Origin: an uncultured Candidatus Saccharibacteria bacterium
Lineage (GTDB): Bacteria > Patescibacteriota > Minisyncoccia > Phycocordibacterales > UBA1006
NCBI GenBank assembly: GCA_964628065.1
Contig: CAZVLM010000001.1
Span: forward strand, 9,357-73,356
Length of the DNA: 64,000 nucleotides
Direction of reading: 5' to 3'
The notes under the pieces are model-generated. The model did not search any database and was not told the DNA's origin. It saw only the letters and a program-made list of their open reading frames with translations. Both the position numbers and the translations under genes were made by a program. Shown piece by piece: positions 8,377 through 17,200 of the stretch (position 1 is the first letter of the stretch; the number at the start of each line of letters is the position of its first letter).

Positions 8377-11300
8377 TTAATTTCCCAAAATCACCTTCGC
8401 CCTCTTACAAAACTCACATTCGCTATTTGCCCCATAAGACTTCGCCACACAAGGTCGGTCCATCCACTCCCCGCTTGAAACAAGTGACTGATAGTCTGCA
8501 ATGTCTTTGATAAGGAGCTCTACTTCTGCATTGCTAATATGCGCAGAATACAATGCGTTTTTATCTCCTTTTTCAGATTCAAGGAAAAGCAATCGTGATT
8601 GGTCTACATGAGCATCCTTTCCTGTCCCTTCAAGAAGGTAAGAATACATGGCGAGTTGTCTCAAGTAACTCGACATGCGACCTTCATCATCACGCTTTTC
8701 AATCATGCCAGTCGTCTTACTGCTTCCTGTTTTAAAGTCGGTTACCGTCATCGTTCCATCAGGAAACCGTTCAGTAAGGTCGATCTTTCCGTACATTGTT
8801 AAATTTGAAAACTGCGGATCGCGATATGAAACGCTTCGTTCTGATTGGCGATCTTTCGCTAGATTAGGATAATAATTTTCAATCCAACCCGAGACGGCAG
8901 TCCATGCGTCTTTACCAAGTCGTGCAATATCTCGCATATCAAGCACCCCTTCACGCTGAAGCGATGTCATGATAATCTTCTTAATTTCAACCTCTGCTGG
9001 AAGCGTATTCTCTTTCAATAAATGCTCAATCGTAACATGTACCGCCGATCCAAGCGCAAGCGAAACACCTTTTACCTCGGGAAGTTTCAAAAAATTTCTA
9101 AAGTACCACTTCCAAGGACACTCAAAAAAGTTATTAAGGAGTGTTACGGATACTCGATTTTCCGCAAATGACTCTTTTACGAATTCCTTTACGGCTGTTT
9201 TTATATCTTCTTCTGGAGAAACAGCAGGTTTCAATGCGTACAATCGAGGATCATTTTCGATGATACGCTTCTCGTTTTCTTCTGCGTCAATTTTCTCAAA
9301 ATGATCTACTGGCAATTCTTCAACGATTCGCGATAGTGTAATGTCGCTTCCACTATCACTGTTTAATGCATATGAAATAGTTGCGTATCGTTTTGCACGA
9401 GTAAGTGCCACATATAACTCCCTTTTTGCGGTCATCACATCACGCGCCGCAATGCGCTCTTCTATTTTTTCAGGAAGCGTAAAGGCGCTCCTTTTTTCTG
9501 ACATCACTACTTCCTCGTTCATGTGACCGATCCATACATACTCGTACTCAAGTCCTTTTGATTTGTGCAAAGTCATGACTCGAATGCCTGATTCCGCTGC
9601 GAAAGCTGCTACGCTGATTTGGGTTCCGTACGTTGCAAGGCGCCCTAGGTACGCAATAAATTCCTTAAGGGTTCCATTAGGATGTTTTGCATACCACGCT
9701 TCCGAACTTAAAATAAGGCTTCGAACTACCTCGATAGATCTGAGTAATGCTTTATGCCCGTGTGATCGATCAATTAATAACTCATTCCCCAACGTTGAAA
9801 TAACACATGGAATCGTTTCGTGGGTTAGTTTGTTTATCCAATGACTAAGGTCTGTTCCCCATTTTACGATAGGGTCTTGATCATGGAACATGCCTGCGTC
9901 TTTTTGGTAATCAATTAAGTCTTGTACAGTTACTTTGTCTGACTTTTTTGTTACTCTTAAAAACTTGTAAGCCCTCATTGGATCGATACCGCTTGTAGCA
10001 TCAAGGAGTGACTCAGTAATTAATACTGAATCATCTGGATTGGCCAAAATTCCAAGGACTCGGATAAAGCTTTTAGCTTCGGGAAGTGTATACAGCGAAA
10101 CACTGGTTTCTGACTGTGCAGGAAGCCCCATGTCACGGAGCGTAGAAACAGCTGAGCGTACTTGGTAATTCTTAGGAAGAAGTAGTGCACATTCGTCTGG
10201 TGAAACGCCTTGGTCTATCTGCTTTTTAAAATAAAGCCCCGCACCTATTATTTCATCACGGGAAAATCGGAATTGTGAAAGATTGATCTTTTCATCACCT
10301 TTTCGATTACTTTTTAAGGCATCAGTTGTAATAGAGCTTTTTAAAAGCGTATCCGCGAGGCTTAATACGGGCGCTGTTGATCGATAGTTTTCCTGAAGCG
10401 TTATTAACTGAGCCTTTCCAAACGCGTGCCTAAACTCGGAAAAATAATCAAGTGATGCTCCGGAAAATCCATAAATAAGCTGGCGATCGTCCCCCACCAC
10501 GAAAATATTTGGAAGTTCTATTTCCTGCCATACCGCCTTCAAGAAATTATTTTGCACCAACGAAGAATCCTGATGCTCATCTACCAGCACGTATTGATAA
10601 TTTTCGTAAATATCAGCACGCACATCCTCATACTCTTCTACGAGTTGTACGACATATTCTAAGGCGTCATCATAGTCCATGAGATTCGCGTCTTTTTTGG
10701 CAGATTCATATTGTCTATAAAATGAGACGACTTCTTTGGTTCGCGACAATGATTCAATCTTTTTTTCTATTTCTTTCTTAAGTTGTCCTTTGCTTGGCCC
10801 TCGTGATGAAATACTGTCTGGATCATTCTTCAAAAATTCTATGTCGCGATCTACTTCTAATGAAAAAGATTCAGGTGAAAGTCGCTCACGCTTCATCAGG
10901 GAAATTAATTGTTTTAAGTCGCCGAAATATTTTGCAGGATCGGTTCGCGGACGAATGTATTCCCATTCTCCTTCTTGTAAAAGACTGTCCACCATTGCAA
11001 CACTTTGATTATCATCAAGGAGTTCGGGAATGTGATCGAAGCCAAGGAGGTTAAAATGCTTTTGTACGAGATCAATCGCAAATCCGTGGAAGGTTGAAAT
11101 TTTAATATCTCGAGCTGTTGTTCCGATATAGCTTTCGAGACGAGCTCGCATAGCAGCGACTCCGGATCGGGTAAACGTAAGGCAAAGAATACTTGAAGGC
11201 AATGTGTCTGTCTTCTTAAGAATATTAGCAATGCGAAGAGCCAACACCTGCGTCTTGCCGGTTCCTGGACCTGCCACAACCATTACGGGACCTTCTATGG

Positions 11301-11400
11301 CATCTACGGCCTTCTTCTGAGCGGTATTCAATTTTTCGTAGGCCTCATCAAAGTACGTTTTCATGAGTCTAGTATACCTTATCCACAGATGACTTGACAA
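8377..11400 (-). CDS. UvrD/PcrA-like superfamily-1 helicase fused to a C-terminal Cas4/AddB-type PD-(D/E)XK nuclease with a 4-Cys cluster
   Basis: Helicase motifs: GPGTGKT, VLVDEHQD, VVGDDRQLIYGFSGA, NYRS, TLHKSKGLEYEYV, VALTRAK. Nuclease motifs: C-PWKWYF..., IDLTERF...VTDFKTG, RQLAMYSYLL, C..C..C at the C-terminus. Confidence 0.8.
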   Translation of the reverse strand: MSSHLWIRYTRLMKTYFDEAYEKLNTAQKKAVDAIEGPVMVVAGPGTGKTQVLALRIANILKKTDTLPSSILCLTFTRSGVAAMRARLESYIGTTARDIKISTFHGFAIDLVQKHFNLLGFDHIPELLDDNQSVAMVDSLLQEGEWEYIRPRTDPAKYFGDLKQLISLMKRERLSPESFSLEVDRDIEFLKNDPDSISSRGPSKGQLKKEIEKKIESLSRTKEVVSFYRQYESAKKDANLMDYDDALEYVVQLVEEYEDVRADIYENYQYVLVDEHQDSSLVQNNFLKAVWQEIELPNIFVVGDDRQLIYGFSGASLDYFSEFRHAFGKAQLITLQENYRSTAPVLSLADTLLKSSITTDALKSNRKGDEKINLSQFRFSRDEIIGAGLYFKKQIDQGVSPDECALLLPKNYQVRSAVSTLRDMGLPAQSETSVSLYTLPEAKSFIRVLGILANPDDSVLITESLLDATSGIDPMRAYKFLRVTKKSDKVTVQDLIDYQKDAGMFHDQDPIVKWGTDLSHWINKLTHETIPCVISTLGNELLIDRSHGHKALLRSIEVVRSLILSSEAWYAKHPNGTLKEFIAYLGRLATYGTQISVAAFAAESGIRVMTLHKSKGLEYEYVWIGHMNEEVVMSEKRSAFTLPEKIEERIAARDVMTAKRELYVALTRAKRYATISYALNSDSGSDITLSRIVEELPVDHFEKIDAEENEKRIIENDPRLYALKPAVSPEEDIKTAVKEFVKESFAENRVSVTLLNNFFECPWKWYFRNFLKLPEVKGVSLALGSAVHVTIEHLLKENTLPAEVEIKKIIMTSLQREGVLDMRDIARLGKDAWTAVSGWIENYYPNLAKDRQSERSVSYRDPQFSNLTMYGKIDLTERFPDGTMTVTDFKTGSSKTTGMIEKRDDEGRMSSYLRQLAMYSYLLEGTGKDAHVDQSRLLFLESEKGDKNALYSAHISNAEVELLIKDIADYQSLVSSGEWMDRPCVAKSYGANSECEFCKRAKVILGN

Positions 11401-11456
11401 AATATCTTAATATGCTATATTTGTCCGGAACTATTATATAATCAGAAAAAGTAACT

Positions 11457-11780
11457 ATGTTTGTACACGGACTAGCTGTAAAAGAAGGAGATTTCGACCC
11501 TGCCGATAAAACATTAGGTAAAGTAATTAGCGATTGGAGGTTTGCATCTCCACTGGATAAGCAATCAAAAGCAACACGCATTAAGACCTATATCAATATA
11601 GCTTATCCCAAAAAAAACCTATACGGGCTTCTGATGGCTTACCAAAACGGACTTACCATTGCAGAGATAGCGGAGTATAAGAAAGATTTGAAAAAAGCGT
11701 CAAAGGGGGCCATAATAATCTCCATCAATCGCGCAACACGTGGTGGAAGCTTGCATCACACACAACCATTCCATAGCTAA
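11457..11780 (+). CDS. Hypothetical protein
   Basis: 107-aa ORF, a lone plus-strand gene between minus-strand genes. Confidence 0.3.
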   Translation: MFVHGLAVKEGDFDPADKTLGKVISDWRFASPLDKQSKATRIKTYINIAYPKKNLYGLLMAYQNGLTIAEIAEYKKDLKKASKGAIIISINRATRGGSLHHTQPFHS

Positions 11781-11848
11781 ACAAATAAAAAACTAACAGA
11801 AAAGGCGTAATGATAATTTATATCGTTACGCCTTAACTCGTGGAACAA

Positions 11849-12952
11849 TTATTTCAAAACAACCTTCCCATTTTTAAGTATCAAAAACCCCTCCCTCTCC
11901 AACCCGCTCACAATAGTTTCAATTCTATCCTTATCATCAGAAAGACTTTCCAATTTCTCTTCGAGCTTCTCAATCAAGAGCTTTTTCTTTTCTAAAAGAA
12001 TTTCCAAAATCTTTCCGCGAATCTCGCGATTACTTCCTTCAAATTTTGATTGCTTGGTATAGTGCCTACTTTTCTTATTAGGATTAGGAATCGATTTTCC
12101 TAAATACGACCCGTAGTCCATGAGCGCCCAATACCATTCACGAGGGTTTTCTTTGTCGACAGTTTTTTCTATGAGTTTTAGAAGTTCCCTATCATGCACC
12201 CCAAACACACCCCGCACTTCGTGTCGACCCTCTCTAAAAGAGAGGGTTTGCTCCGATTGGAGTTCGGTCTCGACGGAGACTGCCCTCTCTTTTAGAGAGG
12301 GTGCCACGCGAAGCGGGCGGGTGTGTTTTGACTGGGACTCCGAGAAAAAATGATGCAAGTACACTCGTCGAATATTTGTCTCAATCATCGAGACAGGCTG
12401 ATTGTATGCAAACGCAGAAATCGCTCCCGCTGTATACGGACCGATTCCTGGTAGTGAAAGAATATCTTCATACGTCTGGGGAAATTTTCCTTTAAATCTT
12501 TGCATAATAATTTCCGCTGACCTTTTCATGCGAATTGCCCTCGAATTGTATCCAAGCCCTTTCCATAGCCGAAGTACGTCCGACTGCTTAGCCTCTGCAA
12601 GTGCCTTCACTGTTGGAAATTCCTTCATCCACTTATTGAAAAAATCTACTACTCTGTCTACTTGTGTCTGCTGAAGCATAATCTCCGAAACGTACACATT
12701 GTACGGCTTCGTATTCTTTCTCCACGGCAACTCGTGGCGTCTATTTGCATGATAATAATCCCAGACAGTTTTTTGGAATTTTTTGAGGTCGGAAGGCTTC
12801 ATGTTGGCAATTATACCAGAAACGAAAATCGCCAGACTTCCTTTAGGAAGTCTGGCGATTATTTTACAGTTGTACAAAGAATTACTCAGCCAACTCCTGG
12901 CCGATAAGCGCGCCGCGTCCGCCGCTGTGCACGTAGTCGTCAGAAAACTCAA
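11849..12952 (-). CDS. HhH-GPD DNA glycosylase (MutY/Nth-like). Likely true start is the ATG at 12802. It carries a ~40-aa in-frame insertion encoded by a GC-rich palindromic element.
   Basis: LPWRKNTKPYNVYVSEIMLQQTQV...LPGIGPYTAGAISAFAYNQPVSMIETNIRRV gives the HhH-GPD signature. Residues ~209-251 (KHTRPLRVAPSLKERAVSVETELQSEQTLSFREGRHEVRGVFG) are encoded by element D. No Fe-S Cys cluster is present. Confidence 0.6.
   Translation of the reverse strand: MSFLTTTCTAADAARLSARSWLSNSLYNCKIIARLPKGSLAIFVSGIIANMKPSDLKKFQKTVWDYYHANRRHELPWRKNTKPYNVYVSEIMLQQTQVDRVVDFFNKWMKEFPTVKALAEAKQSDVLRLWKGLGYNSRAIRMKRSAEIIMQRFKGKFPQTYEDILSLPGIGPYTAGAISAFAYNQPVSMIETNIRRVYLHHFFSESQSKHTRPLRVAPSLKERAVSVETELQSEQTLSFREGRHEVRGVFGVHDRELLKLIEKTVDKENPREWYWALMDYGSYLGKSIPNPNKKSRHYTKQSKFEGSNREIRGKILEILLEKKKLLIEKLEEKLESLSDDKDRIETIVSGLEREGFLILKNGKVVLK
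12203..12329. repeat. GC-rich palindromic mini-element (copy D), in frame inside the glycosylase gene
   Basis: Terminal inverted repeats AAACACACCCCGCACTTCGTG / CACGCGAAGCGGGCGGGTGTGTTT. Two internal hairpins: CCCTCTCTAAAAGAGAGGG and CCCTCTCTTTTAGAGAGGG. Confidence 0.7.
12827..12860 (-). terminator. Perfect 15-bp stem hairpin (AATCGCCAGACTTCC-TTTA-GGAAGTCTGGCGATT) followed by a U-tract on the minus strand
   Basis: Inverted repeat read directly from the sequence. It lies downstream of the ORF ending at 12882 and ~25 nt upstream of the glycosylase ATG at 12802. Confidence 0.5.
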
Positions 12953-13414
12953 TTCGTCTTAGTCCGAGAACTCCGCTGTCGTTATGCCATACGCGCAGAC
13001 CAGGATGCACACCGTCTTTGCTGCCGCTTAGGTAAATTACAATAACAAAGTTGCTTTTTTCCAGCGCGCCAGCCTTGATAAGCTCTATCACCCTTTCAAG
13101 GGCATCGATCATTCCGAATACGAGATATTCTCCTGCAGGCTCCAAGTCGCGCAGAAGATTTTCATGCGAAACTTTTTTTGAAAAACTATCAGGCGGCTTT
13201 TTCGAAAATCTGGCTTACTGACGCGTTCGGCTACCGGACTGCTTGTGACACTAGAATCGATATTGAAGTTTAAAATCCCGCGCTTGTTTGCTTCCGCTTC
13301 AATCCTTTTCAGCTGACTCGCAATGGTTGCACCTTTTGGCGCAGCTTTACCAGGAAGCATTATCTTTGTCCTAATAAATAACTTCTGTCTTGTCTTCGAT
13401 TTAGGATGGCTCAT
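12882..13414 (-). pseudogene. Hypothetical protein split into two overlapping ORFs (frames differ by 1 nt at an A7/T7 homopolymer, 13174..13180). Possible Smr-like domain in the C-terminal part.
   Basis: ORFs 13109..13414 and 12882..13145 overlap. The second begins with TTG and is open upstream back to the homopolymer. Fused, they would give a ~178-aa product containing ..VIVIYLSGSKDGVHPGLRVWHND.., which resembles the Smr IIHGKG..LR..V..WL motif. Confidence 0.3.
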
Positions 13415-13498
13415 GAATTCGTTGTTTTTGGGTTTTAAATCAATGTAAATTTCGAAATCATATTACCATATTTTTATGATTAATCAAGTTGCCCCAAG

Positions 13499-13524
13499 CA
13501 AAAAATCCCGTAAGGGATTTTTTG
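13499..13524. terminator. Bidirectional rho-independent terminator (AAAAAATCCCGTAAGGGATTTTTT)
   Basis: Hairpin with flanking A/T tracts, directly downstream of the RRM gene. Confidence 0.6.
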
Positions 13525-13533
13525 TGATTCCGA

Positions 13534-13881
13534 TTATCGGCTCCAAGAACCTCCTCGGTCTCCGCCACGATCACCTCCTCGGTTGAAACCACCTCGGTTT
13601 CCACCTCCTGAGAATTCTCGTCGAGCTGGGCGCTCTCCTTCTGGAAGAGCTTCGTTAACTCGAATGTTTCGACCATCAAGGTCTTTTTCATTCAAGTCAG
13701 CGATTGCCTTTGCTCCTTCTTCTGCGTTAGGCATTTCAACGAAACCGAAGCCTCGTGATCGTCCTGTCATTTTGTCCATGACAACTCGAGCTGATTCAAC
13801 CTGTCCAACTTGTTCAAAGAAGGCACGTAGTGAATCATCTGTTGTTGACCATGAAAGGTTTCCTACAAACAATTTTGTCAT
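13534..13881 (-). CDS. RRM-type RNA-binding protein with C-terminal RGG tail
   Basis: RNP-1/RNP-2 motifs LFVGNLSW and RGFGFVEM. The C-terminus is GGGNRGGFNRGGDRGGDRGG. Confidence 0.8.
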   Translation of the reverse strand: MTKLFVGNLSWSTTDDSLRAFFEQVGQVESARVVMDKMTGRSRGFGFVEMPNAEEGAKAIADLNEKDLDGRNIRVNEALPEGERPARREFSGGGNRGGFNRGGDRGGDRGGSWSR

Positions 13882-14050
13882 GTGTTTTAAAAAATACTAC
13901 TCTACTAACTCCGACCCGTACCAGTCCTTGCAGTATGTCAAAACACATTACAGAGGATAATACGGAATCCAGTGTACCATACCTTTTACAAATTGCCTAA
14001 TCCCATTAAGTCCTTATTTAAAGGCATATTTATGCTACAATTATGAGCCT

Positions 14051-14614
14051 ATGGCAATGGACTCTCAGTTAAAACATAACCTGATTCAGGATGGCGCGTT
14101 AGTATTTTTAAGTATACTTATTGCCATTATTCTTGTTAGAACCGGAATCATTGGCCAAGCCATTGCATCTCTCCACCAATTCGCCCTTCTAGGAAGTTTT
14201 ATTGTTGGAATGTTTTTTACATCAGTGTTTACAACCGCGCCAGCTATCGCTGCGCTTGGCGAGATGGCAATACTGCACTCTCCTGTCATTGTGGCTCTTC
14301 TTGGTGCACTTGGTGCCGTAGTTGGCGACCTTGTTATTTTTAAGTTTGTACGTGACCGCTTCTCAAACGATCTGATGCATGCCATTAAATTGCGCGAGCC
14401 AAGCAAGCGACTTGAAAAACTGACTCACATGAAATTTTTCCGATGGTTTGTATTTTTTATTGGAGGTCTTATTATCGCTTCCCCGCTTCCGGATGAGCTT
14501 GGCATCAGCATGCTCGGATTTTCAAACATGAAACTCTCTCAATTTATTCCTATTTCGTTTACGTTTAACTTCATTGGTATTCTTATTATTGGATACGCCG
14601 CAAGAGCGCTTTAG
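14051..14614 (+). CDS. Multi-pass membrane protein (possibly DedA/VTT-like)
   Basis: 187 aa with ~5 TM helices. Family assignment is tentative. Confidence 0.35.
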   Translation: MAMDSQLKHNLIQDGALVFLSILIAIILVRTGIIGQAIASLHQFALLGSFIVGMFFTSVFTTAPAIAALGEMAILHSPVIVALLGALGAVVGDLVIFKFVRDRFSNDLMHAIKLREPSKRLEKLTHMKFFRWFVFFIGGLIIASPLPDELGISMLGFSNMKLSQFIPISFTFNFIGILIIGYAARAL

Positions 14615-15096
14615 TTTTCTGAAAATTCTATCTCGGAATCAGGATACTGCTTCTCTTTAAGTAGTTCACGTTGCTTTTCAAGTGCTCCAATAAGGAGCTC
14701 AAAATCCTGATAGGAACTCACTGCATTGTTACTTTTTGTCATTGTCATCGTAAGTCCGAACAGTTCTGTAATTGTTTTTATATACTCTTCAATCTCGCCT
14801 TTATAAGTTGGCGTATCGAAATGCTGCAAAGAGTCTTCCAAATATTCTTTCCTTGCTGATAATTGTTCAAATGTTTCATTAATGACTCCTTTCCCAATCT
14901 CAAAAGCCTCGCTTGGATACCCTTTCTTTATTCCATCTAAAACACTATCAAGTAGTTCGATTTTCTTTGAAAGTGCTGCAAGTGATTCATTTTTAACACG
15001 CTCAAAACCCTCTTGTGAAAGTTGTTCCGAAAAACTGCCGGCTCTCGGCTCAGGGTTTTTATGCTGGTCAAAGTATTTTTCTGGGTAGGGATTCAT
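14611..15096 (-). CDS. Hypothetical protein (coiled-coil/helical)
   Basis: 161-aa ORF directly upstream of htpX in the same orientation. Confidence 0.35.
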   Translation of the reverse strand: MNPYPEKYFDQHKNPEPRAGSFSEQLSQEGFERVKNESLAALSKKIELLDSVLDGIKKGYPSEAFEIGKGVINETFEQLSARKEYLEDSLQHFDTPTYKGEIEEYIKTITELFGLTMTMTKSNNAVSSYQDFELLIGALEKQRELLKEKQYPDSEIEFSEN

Positions 15097-15099
15097 ATA

Positions 15100-15990
15100 T
15101 TACTTATTAAGCAGCGCCTTCACACGTTCCTCCACCGACGGGTGCGTTGCAAATAATTTTGTGACAAAACTTGATTTTGAACCGAATGGATTTGAAATAT
15201 ACAAATGAGCCGTTGCGCTTGAGGCGTGTTTCATAGGCTGATTATATGCATGGATTTTGTGAAGCGCGGAAGCCAGCCCTTCTGGATAACGCGTAAGGAG
15301 CGCTCCTGACGCATCCGCAAGAAATTCACGTTTGCGCGAAATCGCGAGCTGAATCAGTGTTGCCACAATCGGCGCAAGAATGATGGCGACAATTCCGAGA
15401 ATCATAATCAAGCCACTTCCCCCTTCACGATCATTGTCGCGATTTCCGCCTCCGAAAATAATGCTTCTCATAAAGAAATCCGAGACCATTGCAAGAAGAC
15501 CCACTAGGACCACAACCACAGTGGCGATCAATACGTCGCGGTTTCCGATATGTGAAAGCTCATGAGCAATGACTCCTTCAAGTTCGCTTCTATCCATAAT
15601 ATCCAAAAGTCCCGTGGTAACAGCGACTGCAGAATGTTCCGGATCGCGACCAGTCGCAAATGCGTTCGGCGCGGGGTCGTGAATGACGTATACGCGAGGC
15701 TTAGGAAGACCTGCAGTAATCGAAAGATTTTCAACTATTCTATGAAGCTCTAAGTACTCAGGACCATCCGCCGGATGCGCATGCGCTTGTGACAAGGCAA
15801 TCGTGTCAGACTGCCAATACGCGATGATGTTCATCGCGATCGAAATGACTGCGAACAATACCAAAATCATCGGATTGTTATACACGTATGCAAGTGCAAA
15901 CCCAATGGCTACAAGCACCACAAAAAATACGGACATCAGAAGCCATGTTTTTCGAATATTAGAATCTTGGTGAGTATAGAGTGTTGCCAT
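15100..15990 (-). CDS. htpX: Zinc metalloprotease HtpX (M48)
   Basis: HELSHIGNRD HExxH motif, N-terminal TM helices, typical HtpX length. Confidence 0.85.
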   Translation of the reverse strand: MATLYTHQDSNIRKTWLLMSVFFVVLVAIGFALAYVYNNPMILVLFAVISIAMNIIAYWQSDTIALSQAHAHPADGPEYLELHRIVENLSITAGLPKPRVYVIHDPAPNAFATGRDPEHSAVAVTTGLLDIMDRSELEGVIAHELSHIGNRDVLIATVVVVLVGLLAMVSDFFMRSIIFGGGNRDNDREGGSGLIMILGIVAIILAPIVATLIQLAISRKREFLADASGALLTRYPEGLASALHKIHAYNQPMKHASSATAHLYISNPFGSKSSFVTKLFATHPSVEERVKALLNK

Positions 15991-16000
15991 AAATAACCTT

Positions 16001-16591
16001 TTATCTGTTTGCTAACACAAAATCTCCAAAAATGCTTATTTCACGCTGTGTGAGAGCATATCTCACGTCTTCTACACCTGCTTGTGCTCGCATTCCCTTT
16101 ACACAGGCAGTCGTTGATATTCCATATCTGAAAGAACCAAATTCATCTGGAGAACATGCGCCTTGGTGACTCCCCCAAGAAATTACCATATTGGAAATAG
16201 TAATAGTTGCTTGGGATGCGCCTTGATTCTCAGGAACACCGTTAGCTGTCTGGCCGGGCGTTAAATAATAAGACTCCGAAATCTGAGCGCCTGCCGGGTA
16301 TTTTAAACCAAACTTTGGTGACACCTTCATTGACGACTGGGTTTGAGTGGTTGTTTGAGTTGTCTGCTGTACCGTCGTAGAAGTTCCTGATGTAGATGAG
16401 GTGGGGACTGTTGTGGTTGTATTAGACGCACTTCGATCTTCATCTGCCCCTGTTTCAATCTGTCGCTGATTAATATCAACAGGAATAATAGTTGCTGTAT
16501 CTCTTCGCGCAACAAACCAAATACCTATGATAAGTAGGATGATTACAATTACGAGTAATACTGTATTAAGACTTGAGTTGTTATTTTGCAT
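16001..16591 (-). CDS. Membrane-anchored secreted protein with Thr-rich linker (paralog 1)
   Basis: Starts MQNNNSSLNTVLLVIVIILL, like its tandem neighbour. Has a TTTTVPTSSTSGTSTT linker. Confidence 0.4.
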   Translation of the reverse strand: MQNNNSSLNTVLLVIVIILLIIGIWFVARRDTATIIPVDINQRQIETGADEDRSASNTTTTVPTSSTSGTSTTVQQTTQTTTQTQSSMKVSPKFGLKYPAGAQISESYYLTPGQTANGVPENQGASQATITISNMVISWGSHQGACSPDEFGSFRYGISTTACVKGMRAQAGVEDVRYALTQREISIFGDFVLANR

Positions 16592-16625
16592 ATTTTTATA
16601 TTACTACTTCAATTAGATGATTCGA

Positions 16626-17195
16626 CTAAATATGAGCATTAATTATAATTTGATCTGGATTAAACTTTGCACGCTCAATTTCACAAGCGTTTTTTTGTGC
16701 CCCATCATAATTAGTACATTGAGAGAAACGAAGAGTAAATGTAATCTGGGTTGTGTCCGTACTGTAGGTGAAATCAGTAAAAATACTTCCACTGGCCCTT
16801 TGGGCTTTCATGTCAACACAATACATTTTTCCGTTTATTGTCCGTGGCCCAGGAATTCCGGGACAGTTATAGGGTTCGGAAAGCATCGAAACCTTTGGCG
16901 GCCAATTTTGAGCTGTAATATATGTTGTGGTAAGGGGTGCGAAAGTATATGAACCCGCTTGATTTGAGCTCGTAGAATTTTGTATAGGAGCTGGCGGAAT
17001 ATATGCTTCTTCCGTAAGAAACGGACCTGTCGGAACTTCATGAGTTCCAACTACCTCCTCGTTTGAGGTAAGCGGTATGAAGGCATCATCTTTCGGCCGA
17101 TCAGTTTTTACAGCAATCAGTATGATTCCGAAAACCACAAGAATAATCAGGACGAGTAGGAGAACCGTATTTATTTTTGAGTTGTTATTTTGCAT
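16626..17195 (-). CDS. Membrane-anchored secreted protein (paralog 2)
   Basis: Starts MQNNNSKINTVLLLVLIILV, a tandem paralog of 16001..16591. Confidence 0.4.
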   Translation of the reverse strand: MQNNNSKINTVLLLVLIILVVFGIILIAVKTDRPKDDAFIPLTSNEEVVGTHEVPTGPFLTEEAYIPPAPIQNSTSSNQAGSYTFAPLTTTYITAQNWPPKVSMLSEPYNCPGIPGPRTINGKMYCVDMKAQRASGSIFTDFTYSTDTTQITFTLRFSQCTNYDGAQKNACEIERAKFNPDQIIINAHI

Positions 17196-17200
17196 ATAAA

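Noticed and set aside
925-11054. Numerous antisense ORFs embedded in well-supported genes (for example 925..1155, 5190..5600, 6934..7509, 8553..9844, 10736..11054)
   Set aside because: Each lies opposite a gene with clear family motifs and has no motifs of its own. Typical shadow ORFs.
13458-13691. 77-aa ORF overlapping the RRM protein gene in another frame
   Set aside because: It overlaps most of the well-supported RRM/RGG gene. Likely spurious.
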